A DNA stretch of 62,236 nt, the filler included, from Choristocarpus tenellus KU-1152 (Eukaryota; Protista; Phaeophyceae), in the NCBI GenBank assembly GCA_964200185.2. It is 13 parts of 13 records of this genome, joined end to end, with 100 filler letters (N's around TTAATTAATTAA, not from the genome) between each part and the next. Parts side by side here need not be neighbours in the genome. Positions count along the whole stretch, not along the records: positions 22,066 to 25,921 come from CAXNAD020017547.1; positions 26,022 to 28,753 come from CAXNAD020025233.1; positions 28,854 to 38,722 come from CAXNAD020003319.1; positions 38,823 to 43,679 come from CAXNAD020012771.1; 9 more parts are not named here. One strand, given 5' to 3'. This document shows, piece by piece, positions 25,481 to 39,169 of the stretch (position 1 is its first letter; every line of letters begins with the position of its first letter). The notes beneath the pieces were generated by a model, which was given only the letters and a program-made list of their open reading frames with translations, made no database searches and was not told the origin of the DNA. The position numbers were made by a program, and so were the translations under genes.

Positions 25481-26021
25481 TTCAATTGAGTTTGTGTTGT
25501 ACAGTGATTGTAAGGTTATGAGCTCTAACCTCTTCTTAAAGAGCAATTGCAAGAGCATTGCATTTTAAACTACCTAATCTTTAAGCACTGCTCCTGCCCT
25601 CAGTGTCCTGGGTCGCAAGGCCTGTCGACACCTGCTGAGACTTGTCTATTCCTGCAACCAGACCTGACCCACAGGTTCTTCTATGCCCCCCTGACCCCCC
25701 ACCCCCTTTGCGCTTGTTTCAACTTCTTAATCAACAACAGGGCTCATCTCATACTTCCCCTTGACAAAATCAACAAAAGCTTCCCCTTCCTCTGTTGTCG
25801 AGATATTGAAGTGCCAATGTGTGCAGGTGTTGTCAATAGGAGATGGGTCCATGGCCAGGCGTTTGTAGTTGTGCTTCACAATTTCCAGTCCCTCCCCAAT
25901 GCATATTAACCTGTCCTTTGCNNNNNNNNNNNNNNNNNNNNNNNNNNNNNNNNNNNNNNNNNNNNTTAATTAATTAANNNNNNNNNNNNNNNNNNNNNNN
26001 NNNNNNNNNNNNNNNNNNNNN

Positions 26022-26086
26022 AAAAAAAAGTCACCCCAAAGCGACCCCCCCCCCCCCCCCCCCCCCCCCCCCAGATACTTCGACCC
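26022..26086. mobile_element. MITE terminus at contig start
   Basis: Poly-C followed by AGATACTTCGACCC, the reverse complement of the family terminus. Confidence 0.6.
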
Positions 26087-28678
26087 TTAAGTTGTGTGAA
26101 ACCCTTTGAAAATGACAATTGTAACAATATTCAAATAAAAATAAAAATAAAAACTGAACCGATGGATGTTGTGATAGGTACAAAAATATATTTATGTAGG
26201 ACTAACAACTATTCCTCCACAATACTACACACAAAATAATATGGACATTCAAAATGTCCATCACTCCCTCAAGGTCATCTTCATCCTGTATCCCCCCCCA
26301 CCCGCCTTGCAATCAATGCCAGAGAGATTTACATGCTTCAACAACCACGAAATCAAAGGAACGTGGTTCATAGGAGTTGATACTTACTCCCCTCCGTCAA
26401 TATACATAGTAATATTGGTACGTAGTGTGGTACTTTCGTACGATGACAATGATGGTGTAGATTTACCAAGCAGAAAGAAGACTGGAGGCATGAAAGAAAG
26501 TTTAGTCACCATCATGGTTTTCACAATCTCAGCTCGTCATTGTTGTTACGGATCAAACTGTTACCTGTTGCAGACAATAGGACTATTCTTTTTTTACCTT
26601 CTTTTCAAAACAACAAATAAATCAAGCAATATGACACAATTACCCCTGTCATCCATGGTATAAAAAGGCAACATTATTTGCTAATCCCAAACGCACACAC
26701 ACACACACACATCACAAGTAGGAAGCAAGGACGTTTTTCCACCTTGCCCTATCGGATGTGTACCCAGCTAGAAGTAAGAAAAACAAAAACAGCACAAAAG
26801 GTGATAAAAAACACAAGTAGAATTCATTCAAATGCATTCCTTGGTTGTGACTGATAGTTTCTTTTAAAAAGCTCAACATGCTACCAACCTGTGTGTGGCG
26901 CATCAACACAATAACAAATCAACATGCAGTGAATCCCACAACTTATGCAATGACTCCATTCCCCTGCAAAGTTGGCTGGAGTAATTGCTGGTTCAGCCTC
27001 TGCTCTAACTAGTGGGCATTACATCAAACCACCAGTCCATCCAAGAACCGCTAACATTTCCTCTCTCCGTCTAACCTCCAGCCTTCAATGCAAAAAGGCC
27101 GACTGATCACTCACTAACAAACTCTCATCTTACTTGATACCCACACAAGACAAACAGGCAACAGGTTCAACGGGCGGAACATGGAGAGAGGTAATAGGAG
27201 GGGGAGAGCGGGGTGAATCAGCAGAACCAACACCTACTGTACATAACAAAATACGGAAGAGTCAATCCTATTCCCCCTCCCCCCTTCCCGCCCACAAACT
27301 CTCCCTCTGCCCATATCCAGCGACACAGCTAGGTAGTTCATGGGAAAAGCATCTACCGCACAAAACATAAAAACAGCAAAAATAATACAAGGAAGTGAGC
27401 TCTCTCCACCTCAACCAGCAAAGAGCAGTTGACACATCAATTAAACATCAAGCCAGGCAACACACCCTCAACTTCTCTCCCTGCTCAAGTCCCTACAAAT
27501 CACCCTATCCACCAACTACTGATGCCAGCCTGCCTCAGTCCATCACTCCCACAACATAAAACAATGGGCCTTCTTCATGACTATTAAACAAAGACCCCAT
27601 CTCTCCGGTCACCCATTCACCCACACCATGGGGACCTTATTCAGCCACATCACCCTACCACAGTCCAGTCTCGTGTCCACTCATGGCAGAGCAAAACAAT
27701 CAGCCCCATAATGATGGCCGACATCATAGGGGGTGTGGCTTCAAAACTTAGCCATACCTGTTGTTTCCTAAAACACTAAACCTTCTGCCCCACCACAGTG
27801 GAGTTACTCGAATGTCCCCCAGGCTAAAAGCCACATATAAAAGCACACGCTAGCCGTTGGTTGTTTGCCGACATTCATAGAAGAAGAGAGACGGGTGCAG
27901 TTTATCCTGCTTGCACCGAGCTAGGACCTTGGAAAATTCTGGTCCAATCTGTTTTCAGCAACAATTGCGGAAGGGATCATCATATCACGCAGGGAGTTAG
28001 TTAAGGAGAACCTGGGGGCACTTCTGGGAGGCACAAGAGGGGATCAGTGTAACTACTACCACTGTGCAAGGGGAGAGGAGGACAGCACAACGGGGTGCTG
28101 GCTTCTGTCGTCAACTACAACAATGCGCAAAATCGAATAATGCTCCAGACAAATCGAATCTTTGGTTCATCGTAACACGCATATACACTATGGACAAAAT
28201 CTACTTCCCAACTTTCCTCGCAGGGCTCAACGTTTCCTCCTGTCCACCTCACGACTCTCAGCACTTAGCCCTCACCTCGCCTCACCTCGCCTTGCGTGCA
28301 GCACGCAAAACCTTCGATCAATCCACCAAGCCAATCAAATCACTCCGAGAGATAAGGTTAACAAAACAAAAACAAAAATAAAAATAAAAATAACAAAAAC
28401 AAAAATGACTTCAATTCATTCTTGCGGTTAGTTCACAAACACCACCAAAATCCCCTCGCTCCCGATTGATTTCCACTCTTCCACCAACGCGTAGAGTTGG
28501 ACTACACACAGTCCAAGAGTCACAAACAAAACATCAGCAGCAACCAATTATTCCAAACAAACAGACAAACACGTGCATCAGCGGATTCAAAAGGTTGCAG
28601 TGCGCATCAGTGCGCATCAACCTCCAATTTCATAATACACAGAAACAAGCCAATTTTCAGGTATTGCAGACAGCCCTT

Positions 28679-28753
28679 GACCCAAAGTATCTGGAGGGGG
28701 GGGGGGGGGGGGCTACACCAGGGTGTCCATTTGGACAAAAATCAGGTAAAGGG
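28679..28753. mobile_element. MITE subfamily B, truncated at contig end
   Basis: GACCCAAAGTATCTGG-polyG-CTACACCAGGGTGTCCATTTGG matches the left arm of 52771-52949. Confidence 0.8.
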
Positions 28754-28951
28754 NNNNNNNNNNNNNNNNNNNNNNNNNNNNNNNNNNNNNNNNNNNNTTA
28801 ATTAATTAANNNNNNNNNNNNNNNNNNNNNNNNNNNNNNNNNNNNNNNNNNNNGGTCCGTCTTGCCCGGTGATTCTCTTCGCCACCCTTGCCTGAGTGAA
28901 CCACGCCGCCATCGAATCACACGATTCATATTATATGCTTCAAAAAATATA

Positions 28952-29069
28952 TACTATATTATTGCACTGAGTCAAATACCTCTATATATTTGAAATATTA
29001 TATTAATAAAATTACTATATTATTGCACTGAGTCAAATACCTCTATATATTTGAAATATTATATTAATA
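28952..29069. repeat. AT-rich direct tandem duplication (period 61 bp)
   Basis: TACTATATTATTGCACTGAGTCAAATACC...ATATTAATA occurs twice, just upstream of the STI1-domain gene. Confidence 0.85.
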
Positions 29070-29231
29070 TTTTTCAACTCCAATTCCTTGTTTTGTTCCT
29101 ACTTGTTATCCTCAATAATCCAATTGTGGGGTTTCCATTATATTTGTCAGAGTCAAAGTTTGTTGTGATTGAGTCTACCTTGAACCAAGCCCCCAATCCA
29201 GACTCTGCAAAGCTGGACTGCTTCGTGAATC

Positions 29232-31634
29232 ATGGTGGTTCGCCTGAGTTACGTCACGTTGATTCCCCTTGTATGTTCTACTACGAGAGCGTTCTTGATA
29301 TCTCCTTCACGGTATTCGTCTAGCCCTGGCCTGCAGCAACGAAGTACCTGCCAACACACTAGGTTGTCATGGAGATCACTTCAGAGGTGCAGTTATTCCT
29401 CCCAATTGGAAATAGTTTTTTGTTCTTTCTCATTTGTGTTGCCAGGGGTTGGGCTTCCGCGTTAGCCTTGAGATAATGTGGCTAATTCGGAGTCCTTTCT
29501 TTTCCATGCTTAACTCTCTGTTGCCTTTCCATGCCCAGGATATCGGGTCCACCTTGCTCTAGGTCAATCACTGTATCCACGCGAATGTCTTCCCCAGATA
29601 AGCAAGCCGATCCTGCTATGAGTAGTTTGGATAGCCTCATCAAGGCAGAGGAGGAGAAGATAAGAGACGCAAAACTGACTGCAGGGCAACTGAAGACTGA
29701 GTTGGACTCTCTTGGTGCGAGATACATTGGCCTGTTGGAGAAGCCAGAATTCGTACGCGCATTGGCAGAAGCAAGGGTATCATCACGTGGGAGCAGTGGT
29801 GAGAAGAAACAAAGTGTAAGGAAAGATGAACCCAAGGCGAAAGAAGATATTTCTACCGGTAAAGCTGATGGAGAGAACGCTACTTCTCAGTCTGAATCCG
29901 GTTTGGATGAAGCAGCGGAGAGGGCAAAGGTAGACTTTTGCGTTCGATTCCCACACCTTCACAAACACTCTGGGTTTTCCATATATTTTTTATATTTGCT
30001 AAATTCGCAGGGTCCGTAATATTAGGTTTACATCTGTAACAAATCTCAACCTCATCCAAGCCCATACCGTTGCTGCTTTGTTGGCGCATTATCGCAGGTA
30101 TCAGAGATGCGATTATCAGATATTCGGGAAGAGCTGACAGAACGAGGTGTAGATTATAGTGGGCTCTTGGATTCTTACGAGTACAGAAATGCGCTGGTGG
30201 ATGCCAGGGCCCGTGGAGTCACAGCCAGTGCTAGTGGTTCCACAACCAGTGCTAGTGGTCCAGAAGCTAGCGAAGGGCGGCGTAAGGGCGGAAGTGACTA
30301 CGACCCCAGTTACCGCGAGTTGGAGGTAAAGCTTGGTGTGCATCAACGTGAAGAAGCACTTCAATCCATGGACAGCACCCTTCTCTATCTCTTCATTCCG
30401 TTTTTCTTTTGCCTTACTGCCCGTTTTGACTAAACTTCCCTATCGCGATTCATATTTTGAGAATTATGTGGTCTATTGCTACTTCGTTGACCACCACAAT
30501 ATTTTCGGTCAATGGGCGAATAGTACCCCTACAGTATAAAGACTCTGTCAACTCCTATGTATGCTACAATGCTGCCGACTACATCTCTTGATTGGTGTGA
30601 CACAATTCAGACTAAGAAAATAAAACGAGGCAAGCAGGAGGAGCAGCCTGATGGGGGAAGTCCATTTGGTGGTGGTGGAAATCCTTTTGGGGGTAGTGGA
30701 GGCCCAAATGGCAACCCTTTTGCTGGTGGTGGGAGTATGGGAGGGATGGACATTGGCAGCATTCTCGGTGGAATGGGTGGAATGGGTGGAATGGGTGGGC
30801 CTGGTGGACCTGGAGGGGCGGGTGGTGGCATGGGGGGGATGGGGGATATTGGTGAGATGCTAGGGAAGGTGATGAATAATCCCAAAGCCATGGCTGCTTT
30901 TCAGAAGGCTCAGCAAAACCCTAAGGTGAGCGAGCAAGAGAGGCTCCGTATTTGGTGCGACAATGTTGTGGGATACAGAGAGGTATGGAATGGGATAGGA
31001 TGCTTGACTGAAGCATTGCATGTCATGATCCAGGGCGTCGGTGAGAGATGATCGGCTTATAACAGCCCAACCCGGATCAGTACATACTCAATTCATAGCA
31101 CTTTGGGCAATACTTGGTACAGAGCTGTAAATTACTTGTTTGCACTAAAGGGGGACCTGAGAAGCTTGCAGATTGCTGTGGGATATATGTATATGTCTAT
31201 ATTAGATTGGATGTAGTGCTGGAGGTCAAGCGATCCAGAGATGGAATGATGTGACTTTTCTCCATACTCCCTAGCAGTTTTTGTGCGGGGTATTCTTCCG
31301 AGATGTAGATCATTATAGGTTGGCATGTAGTGTTATGGTGTTTCCCTCCTATTGCGTGTTCCTTTGCAGTTTAGCTCTTGTACTAGCCTCAAGCCCCAGT
31401 AGCATTGAGACCATGATGCTTGATTACTATGTATTTCTCCTCTCCTTTGCCATCACCGGACTTGTAGGACTAACATCACTCATCTTGTTCTCTCCCGGAT
31501 CCTGACGCTGCTCAAATCTGCAGGTAATGCAAGCGATCCAAGATGTATCACGTAATGGCATGTCTGCCATTGCTAAGTACCGTAACGACCCAGAGATATT
31601 AGCTGTCATTGAGGAGCTCAAGGAATTGTTCTGA
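29232..31634 (+). CDS. Putative plastid-targeted STI1/DP-domain co-chaperone, complete, 399 aa; exons 29232-29386, 29539-29929, 30098-30325, 30611-30925, 31524-31634
   Basis: Phase-consistent GT-AG junctions give 1200 nt. The N-terminus is a hydrophobic peptide followed by TTRA-FLISP and a Ser/Arg-rich segment. Then come two SAP-like repeats (LKTELDSLGARYIGLLEKPEFVRALAEAR; IREELTERGVDYSGLLDSYEYRNALVDAR), a GGM-rich linker, and the C-terminal MNNPKAM...QNPKVMQAIQDV...KYRNDPEI (STI1). Confidence 0.85.
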
Positions 31635-33409
31635 TAAGAAGATACATAAAAAGCAACACACACAGCACAACCTCCAATCACCATTTACTGTGAAAATAAC
31701 ATTCAAATTTTCTCTGTGCAACAACGAGTATTGTGTGATTTGTGGGTGTGCATGTAGATCATTCTTGAGGTTAGTTGAGTTGGTCAGATGAGATAGTGCT
31801 GGTCTGACTGACTGTTCTCGGTGCTTTCATTGGTCAATCAGCGTGGGATCTTGCTTATAATACTGTTACAAATAGAAGTGGTTTTATTTTTCCAGGATAT
31901 CACACATTGCAGTCCCGGTGTATTTGGTGGCTGCGAATATCAAGAGTACGGGACTAACAGGTTGACAGGAGGAAACTTCGGGTCCACAGTCCAAAATGCG
32001 CATTATTGAAATTTGAAATGAAGCCATGGGCATGTCAGAGTGGTAGGTCAGATAGACTGTTTATCTGAGCAACTATAATAGGATGTGCAGATCCCTTAGA
32101 CAGGTTGAATTGGGCAGCGTCTGGAAGGAAACAAATAACAGGTGGTTGTGGTTCACATCTCCTGTCTCCCTGCCCTTATTTTGTAGGAACATAGATTTTA
32201 CAAAATCTCGGCCTGTGAATCTGGAGACATAGTATGACGTGTTCTCTTTGGATGGTATGATGCACCCTGTCTATAGCTACTCGTGGTTGAATAGTATGCT
32301 GGTGTGACAATATGATACGCCAATGTAGCCCTTTACAACAAGACAATATCTTGTTCTGCCCTCCAAGTGTTTAAGACAGGAATGTACTTGGTGCAGGATT
32401 ATATCCTATTCAGTTGGTTGTTTTTTGCACTGTTTTTACGCACTGTTTTGATAGAAATCGTAATATCTCCCATTTGTCCAAGAGGTTGTCCTCCAGTTCA
32501 GTTGAGATCTGCAATGCAGATGTATCACAGACAGGAGTGGTGGGCTGTGAGCCCGTTCGTTGGTTGGGGTTGATTAGTATCCCTTTGAGTACTTCACTAC
32601 GCAGACTTGACAAAAGGAATCACTTTTTGTAGTTAGTTACATCTTTCACGGTAAGCAGATGTGCCACTAGACGGAGGTGTGAACCACACTATTGTGGTGT
32701 CAGCTTCCTTTTGTGAGGCTACCTTCTCACTGTTCCCACAATGTGTGGTTTGGGGTGGAGCGTCTTTCAGTGTGCAACAAAAAAGATGGGGGTTGGGAAC
32801 CGAGTGGAAGCGAGGCTCTTAGATGTTCTGTGTAGAGTAGTCACTTCTATTTTCCATGTACAATAAGAAGGATTGTGGGCTTTGGATGGTTTCATATTTG
32901 TACAGTCTCCTACAGTGAAAGGGTCACAATTTTGGATTATCCTTCCAATTTCTCCCCACACAGAAGTGAAAAAACTTTTACTCCGTCTAATATTCGTAGG
33001 AAGGAATGAGTGCTAGTGATTGAATAGTTTTGTGTTTAGAGAAAGAACTCCTTCGCAGGGTATGACTGTGCACCTGAAACCTCAAAACTGTGAATAGTTT
33101 GGATGTGGGCGTTTAGTAGTATTGATAGTAGTAGTGAAAGTTCTTTGTGTCTGTCCAATCTTTATTTGCCATGACTGTGAGTGTTGTTATTTAGGTTAGT
33201 TGTCATCGTTTCCATTCAGTCCACCACTACTACTATTGTCACTTACAACTAGTAAGTGAGAGGACAGGGCGTGTGCAGCAAGAGGGAGCATAAAGCACCA
33301 CACTCGCACTCACAGAAACGTTAGTATATCACAACCACCAACCACTATTGTTGTCATGTATATAAAACAATAGACAAGAATACAACGAAAAGGAACTCCT
33401 AACTTATCT

Positions 33410-33715
33410 CTATGAAGGCGGATGAGAAGTATCAGAAGAATTCCATGAATCCGTCAGGCCTCCCCAAGCCCACCGAGCTTTTGCCCTACACCCGACGGTC
33501 CCACTGCGATTTGTCAAGTCGCAATCAACCCTGGAGCTTGTAATTGAGAAGTAATACTCATACGCAGATTGCAAGTTTAGTAACTGATACAATCCGTCTT
33601 AAGCGTGTCTTCACGGCCCCCTTCCTACTGAAACTCCCCGCACCCCTACTACTTGCAAGATGGGTCCGTAGCTCATCCAGAAAGTGGTTTGCGTGGGTGC
33701 CTAGACGACTAATGC
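33410..33715 (-). mobile_element. 3' fragment of a CRE-like non-LTR retrotransposon (restriction-like endonuclease end)
   Basis: SRLGTHANHFLDELRTH...RKGAVKTRLRRIVSVT...ARWAWGGLTDSWN; homologous to the copies at 34035-34930. Confidence 0.6.
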
Positions 33716-34034
33716 TTTATAAAATGCTTAATATAGACTATATTCTTAGAAAGTAATATCTTTCTAAAAGAAATTACAACCGAGTTCTTTTATGCTGTGG
33801 AACACATCTTTTTTCCAATATTGATCTTTATGTTTATGGTCTTTGTAACACTTTTACTTTTTTTAGGTTAATCAAGATCATCAACTTTGTAGTAGGGTTG
33901 ATTACTGTTGAACAGCTTTCCACCACTTTATGTTATCAGATGGACTGAGAAAACTTCAAGCCTTACCTGTACCACCTGCACAAACAGTTCTACCTATACA
34001 ATTAATATAGTATTATTTTGACCCTTGAAGTTAC

Positions 34035-34930
34035 AACTTCAACACCTTGGCGGTGGAAAGTTTTGGGCGCCTCGTTGAGCAAGCAGAAAGTTTTCTGGAT
34101 GAGTTGGCTACACACGCGGTAGGGGGGAGAGGGGTGGGAGGCTACAGCAGGAAGGGGGCTGCCAAATCCGTTTTACGACAGATAGTATCTTTCACAACAC
34201 AAGTGACTGTCATGCGTTTTAAGCTGGAGACACCAGGGAGATGGGCAAGGAGGGGCTTGTTAAATTCTTGGAATGCTTCCCTAGTTCCTCACCCCGGGGT
34301 CCAGGGCTAAGCTAGGTTGGAGGCACAGGAGAGCAGGGGTGTAGCATAGCTGGTAGTAAAATAGTAAATGATGGGAAAAGGTCTTTCAAATTTACCTCCA
34401 CTGTTACTTTTTCAAGGGTTGTTCTGATATCTGACGACTTTTCATTTGTTTTCCCCCTGACATATCTGCAAAATGTCAGAGGGTATAACATTAAAATGCC
34501 TCGGTAAGCAAGCAGAACGTTTTCTGGATGAGATGGCTACGCACACGGTAGGAGGGAGGGGCAGGAGGCTACAGCAGGAAGGGTCTGTCAAATCCCGTCT
34601 ACGACAGATAGTGTCCGTCACAACACAAGTGGCTCAATCTAGACATGTCAAGCATTTTAAGCTGGAGACACCAGGGAGATCGGCAAGGAAGGGCTTGTTA
34701 GATTCTTGGGATGTTTCCCTAGCTCCTCACCCTGGGGTGCAGGACTAAGCTAGGTTGGAGGCACAGGAGGGCAGTGGTGTAACGTATCTGGTAATAAAAT
34801 AGAAAGTGATAGAAAATGTCTTTCGCATATAAATATACCTCCACTGTTACTTTTTGAGGGGTTGTACTGACATTTGAATGGTTTTTCATTGGTTTTTCCT
34901 GTGACACATCTGGAAAATATTAGAGGGCGT
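34035..34930 (+). mobile_element. Two tandem ~430-bp 3' fragments of a CRE-like non-LTR retrotransposon
   Basis: TLAVESFGRLVEQAESFLDELATHAVGG...RKG..KS.LRQIVS..TQV ('AVExFGRL' endonuclease motif). The second copy starts at ~34499 and shares the putative 3'UTR. Confidence 0.7.
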
Positions 34931-36239
34931 AATAATAAAAATAAAATTAACATAGTATAGTCTTCAGTGTATTGTGGTAAATCGTACTTATTGTTACCGT
35001 TAATGTGTTGATGTTAAAATTAGATAGGTGAAAGGATCCCTAGTAGTGATGACGCCATTTTTGATTTAACTGATGAGAAGGAGGTATAGCAGTCTCCTTC
35101 TGCTTAAACGAAGTATGCATCTAGGATTAATCCCTTTTCCCTCCAAAGAGCAGTAACTGCATTGCAAAGAACGTATTGATGAAAATCGTGTTGATAAAGT
35201 GGTACCAATAGCTTCGCGGTCTGTGACTTTTCTACTTTTTTTCACGTGCAGCCCCAACAGATATACAACAATATATATATCAAGTGAAAGGGTATGACAA
35301 GAGCTTTTGAAGGTTTGTATCCATGAACACACAGGCTTCGGGGAACGGGAGCTATTTCGTCACGACTTCAAAACGGGTTAAAATGAAGTGGCTGGCTGAA
35401 CTCCTTGCAGAACACTGGTCCGGGGTAGGTTGCTGCCCAAGTTTGTTCGGTGGGGCTGCACCGAAAAAAAGCAGACAAAACCCTCAAGATTTCTAGACAT
35501 TTTTTCTATCGGGACATCTTTTTAACGCCTTTTGCAGACTTTCTGTGAGCACACACACACGTGACTTACACACCAACATGAACCACGACGGTGAGACAAG
35601 GAGGGCCACCGAGGCCACTATGCCCCCTGGATCTGCCCTTGGCAACTTCTCTGTCGAGAGGCGACGGAAAAACAAGTACCGTGTGAAACTCAGTGCGATG
35701 TTAGGTGACGAGAAAGTGCGAGTAGTGTGGCACAGCAGCATGATTGAATCACGAAATGGACCATGCGGTCGCGACACTGACGCTGAGAGAAGATGCATTG
35801 AAAGCATTACCACACAAACGTAGTTGGGTCTTCAACCACTTCGGAGAATGTTCTGCAAGAACTGCCACCTCAGGAAAACAGGAAGAGAGCAACGAGTCCA
35901 CCACCAGGTGGTACAGTGACAGAGTCTGTGCGGAAGCCTGGTCACGGCGGCGAAAGGAGGACCAGAGTGGCCAGCTGAAGGGAAGGTTGGGGAAGAGAGC
36001 GGTGCGACTGTGTGCCATTGTGCTCAGTAAACGCTTAAACGAGACCCGGGTGTAGAATATCTTAGTAGTCGAGAGTTAGTTGCAGCAGGCCCTAGCTGTT
36101 CGGAAGCTGTGTGAGCCGGTGTGGCTTAAGGAAACGAGAAAGAAGGTATTAGGATTGGGCTACAAGGGCTAAAAGCCTGAAAGAAGGTCGAAAGGGCTGA
36201 CAAGGTGGAAGAGAAAGCGATCGTAACAAAGGCAGCTGT

Positions 36240-36860
36240 GGATACTTTCGATACCACCAAATCCTTTACTTCAAAGAGGTCGCGAAGCAGGTGGAGGAAG
36301 CCATCGACGGAGACGTTAGGGCAGAAGAGGAGGTGAGATTGAGACTATTTGCACACCAATGGTTTGGTGTCTCCAAGCTCATGCAAGATGCCGTACATTC
36401 ACTTTTGTTCCTAGACTTGGGGTTGGGCTTATAATGTTGATTAAGGCTTTCTCCCAGCCTGAATTCATTTGAGAGATCAACACAATTTTCGTTCAATTCA
36501 AGCCTATCCTCCCTCGCCCTTGCGCCTTGATAAAATATCACTCGCCCAGGAAACACGGACGACGCCCATTTCCGGCACTCAACGAGGAAATGTGATGATA
36601 AAGGCTCTAACACTGCGAATCCTGTACCTGTGTATGAACGACGGGAAAGACCATCAAACCGCGCTCGAGATGGCAGCAGGATGTACGATGTTCAGGTTGG
36701 AAACTGTGAGTAAGTGGGAGAGAGACTTCCAAACTAAGGGCCACATCAAGGTGTCGGAGCAAGGGTGCTCTATGAGAGGCAATTAGTTCTGGGCCTCGAC
36801 GAGGACATCCTTCCCGAGGTCAAAGAGTGGGTGCGCGAACACACACAAAGAAAGGGTGGG
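36240..36860 (+). mobile_element. Degenerate Tc1/IS630-like transposase N-terminal region
   Basis: 'ETVSKWERDFQTKGHIKVSEQG' followed after a frameshift by 'LDEDILPEVKEWVREHTQRKG', a HTH-type pattern of this class. No DDE core is visible. Confidence 0.45.
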
Positions 36861-37428
36861 GAGGCTTTTTCCCTCCTAAACCCTATACTTTAATCAAGTA
36901 ATAGTGCATCTATCTGTTGCCACTCTTGGTGACCTACAATCCAGGGCTCGAACCCAGTATGACCAGTCTTTCTTCAAAAAAAGAAAAAAAATACAACGAA
37001 GCCCGTACTCTGGAGGGCGTTGTGACGGTCATCACGAATATGATTTTATGTTTTTTTATCCGATGTGAACATCAAAAGTTATGACGGGACAAACCGGGAC
37101 CGATAAACTACTGGTGTACCACCATACAAAAATTGAGATAGTATTTTTTATTTTAATATATAATGGATAGTTTTTAAACCTTTGTTGAACTTTGACTCTT
37201 CTTCTGTTCCACCTAAAGTATTTTCAAATATAATTGAATACCATTCATCTCAAGTGAAGATAGTAGGAATTCAATAATTTACCAATTCACACCAGTTCAA
37301 CGTAGAGATTGACTATTGACACTTGTATTTGGTCTACAAGCGCTTGTTGTTGCACTCCTTCACACTCACAATCAGCTTGGGAGTTGCTCTTACTGTCTTC
37401 GTGCATATTATAGTTGAGGAAGGTTGCT

Positions 37429-38372
37429 ATGGCACCCTTCATTGCATCAATCGATCAAGGAACGAGCAGCACCAGATGCATCGTATTCGATCGCGAAGGG
37501 ACTGAAGTATCATCAGCTCAACTCGAACACCAACAATTCTACCCTCATCCAGGCTGGGTAGAGCACGACGCTACGCAAATCTGGGTGAGGAGTGGGCAGA
37601 AAGAGATTCAGCAACGCTAGAGTTGGACTTTTTTGCGATCTCAAGAAATCTTTGCAACTCGCTTATTCTTCCTTGTGATCTTTTCTTTCTTCGTATTGCA
37701 TCGCTTGGATTGACTCAATCTTGTGCTTCCCTCACCCGGGATTAGGACAATGTGTGTGAGTGCGTGAGGACGGCCCTGCGTGCTGCCCATCTAGGTTCAT
37801 CTGACTTGGCAGCTGTTGGTATTACAAACCAACGAGAAAGTACGCTGGTATGGAACCGCCACACTGGGAAGCCTCTGCACCCCCTCATTGTTTGGAACGA
37901 TACGAGAACAGAAGACATATGCAGGTGACTCAGGGTTGGTTTCTGCATCTCAGTGAAGGCGACTAGTGAACTGAAAAAGTCTACCCGCTTGTCAATCTAT
38001 TGTCCGAGAGGTCTAGTTCATACCAGAGCCCATTTCTCTGTTACTTCACTGTGTTGAGACTTGAGGCATCTCATGAGCTCTAAGATTCTATGTTATATCG
38101 ATTTGGTTGCAAGTAAGCAGATCACTTCTTTCTTGGGAAGCTGTTTATTCTCATTTGTAGAAACGCTATTTTTTGAGGGGATTGTGCATTACGCTTTTGT
38201 ATATAATCCTACCCCCTCCCTTGACCTGTCCCTCCCTCAGCAAACTCAAAGCAACTGGTGGCATAGACCGGTTCCGTCAGCGCACAGGCCTTCCCATATC
38301 TACCTATTTCAGTGCAACCAAGTTGCTATGGTTGTTTGAGAATGTTTCTGGGCTTAAAGATGCAGCAGAGAG
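37429..38372 (+). CDS. GK: Glycerol kinase, 5' part; exons 37429-37584, 37746-37924, 38241-38372; truncated by contig end
   Basis: [21 protein letters not shown]...[15 protein letters not shown] / ...[29 protein letters not shown] / ...[20 protein letters not shown]. These are FGGY glycerol kinase motifs, with phase-consistent splicing. Confidence 0.95.
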
Positions 38373-39169
38373 GTGAGCGGACTTTATCTCAAGCTACCAT
38401 GATGGATTCACCAGACAACTTGTGCCTTGGCTGCTGCCTCAGAGGCATTGTGGCATTTCCTTCAAGAGGTAATTGGCCACTGCACACATTTTCTGTTTGG
38501 AAGAGTTAGTGCATTATATATAGATAGGGTGCCTGGGAGTTAGGCACGGAATTTGGTGGCACACATTACAGCATGGGACCACAACTCTATATCAATGAGG
38601 AGAGCTCCAAGAATCAACCCATACCTTCAAAATGATCACATTCACCTCAACATCCCTGCCCCAATAGTCCCCCCCCCCCCTTCCCCTCTTACTCTTTTCC
38701 CCGTTCCTTGTTTCCCCACCCCNNNNNNNNNNNNNNNNNNNNNNNNNNNNNNNNNNNNNNNNNNNNTTAATTAATTAANNNNNNNNNNNNNNNNNNNNNN
38801 NNNNNNNNNNNNNNNNNNNNNNGCTTTTGTTGGATATCAGAAAGCCTGCCCCCCCACCCCCCCCCAAAAAAAAAGGACTCATCTAAACCACTTGGCAATA
38901 GAACACATGCATTTAGCTGTCATTGCAGAAAATGTGGGCAAGTGAAAAAAAGTGGTCTACTGTTGCAGTACATGCACACAATAATGCCATCCTGTAGGGA
39001 AAAAAGAAAGGACATTTGTTTCATATACTATGTACTGCTAGTATGATACTACACACCATCTGGGAATATACACCCCAGTAACAAAAAACACAATCACTAC
39101 TATGTGCTGCTTGAGCACCTCTCCACACAAAAACCTCACACCAAGCACATCATGGATTTCTCAGCTCAC

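Noticed and set aside
25514-25526. Copia-type primer-binding site GGTTATGAGCTCT
   Set aside because: No adjacent LTR or gag ORF.
26100-28670. Genes on contig 6
   Set aside because: Only short low-complexity ORFs; no recognisable motif or consistent exon chain.
30607-30891. Proline-rich minus-strand ORF
   Set aside because: Antisense shadow of the Gly-rich exon of the STI1-domain gene.
36930-36965. tRNA gene (B-box GGTTCGAGCC on the minus strand)
   Set aside because: No A-box or cloverleaf; at most a SINE remnant.
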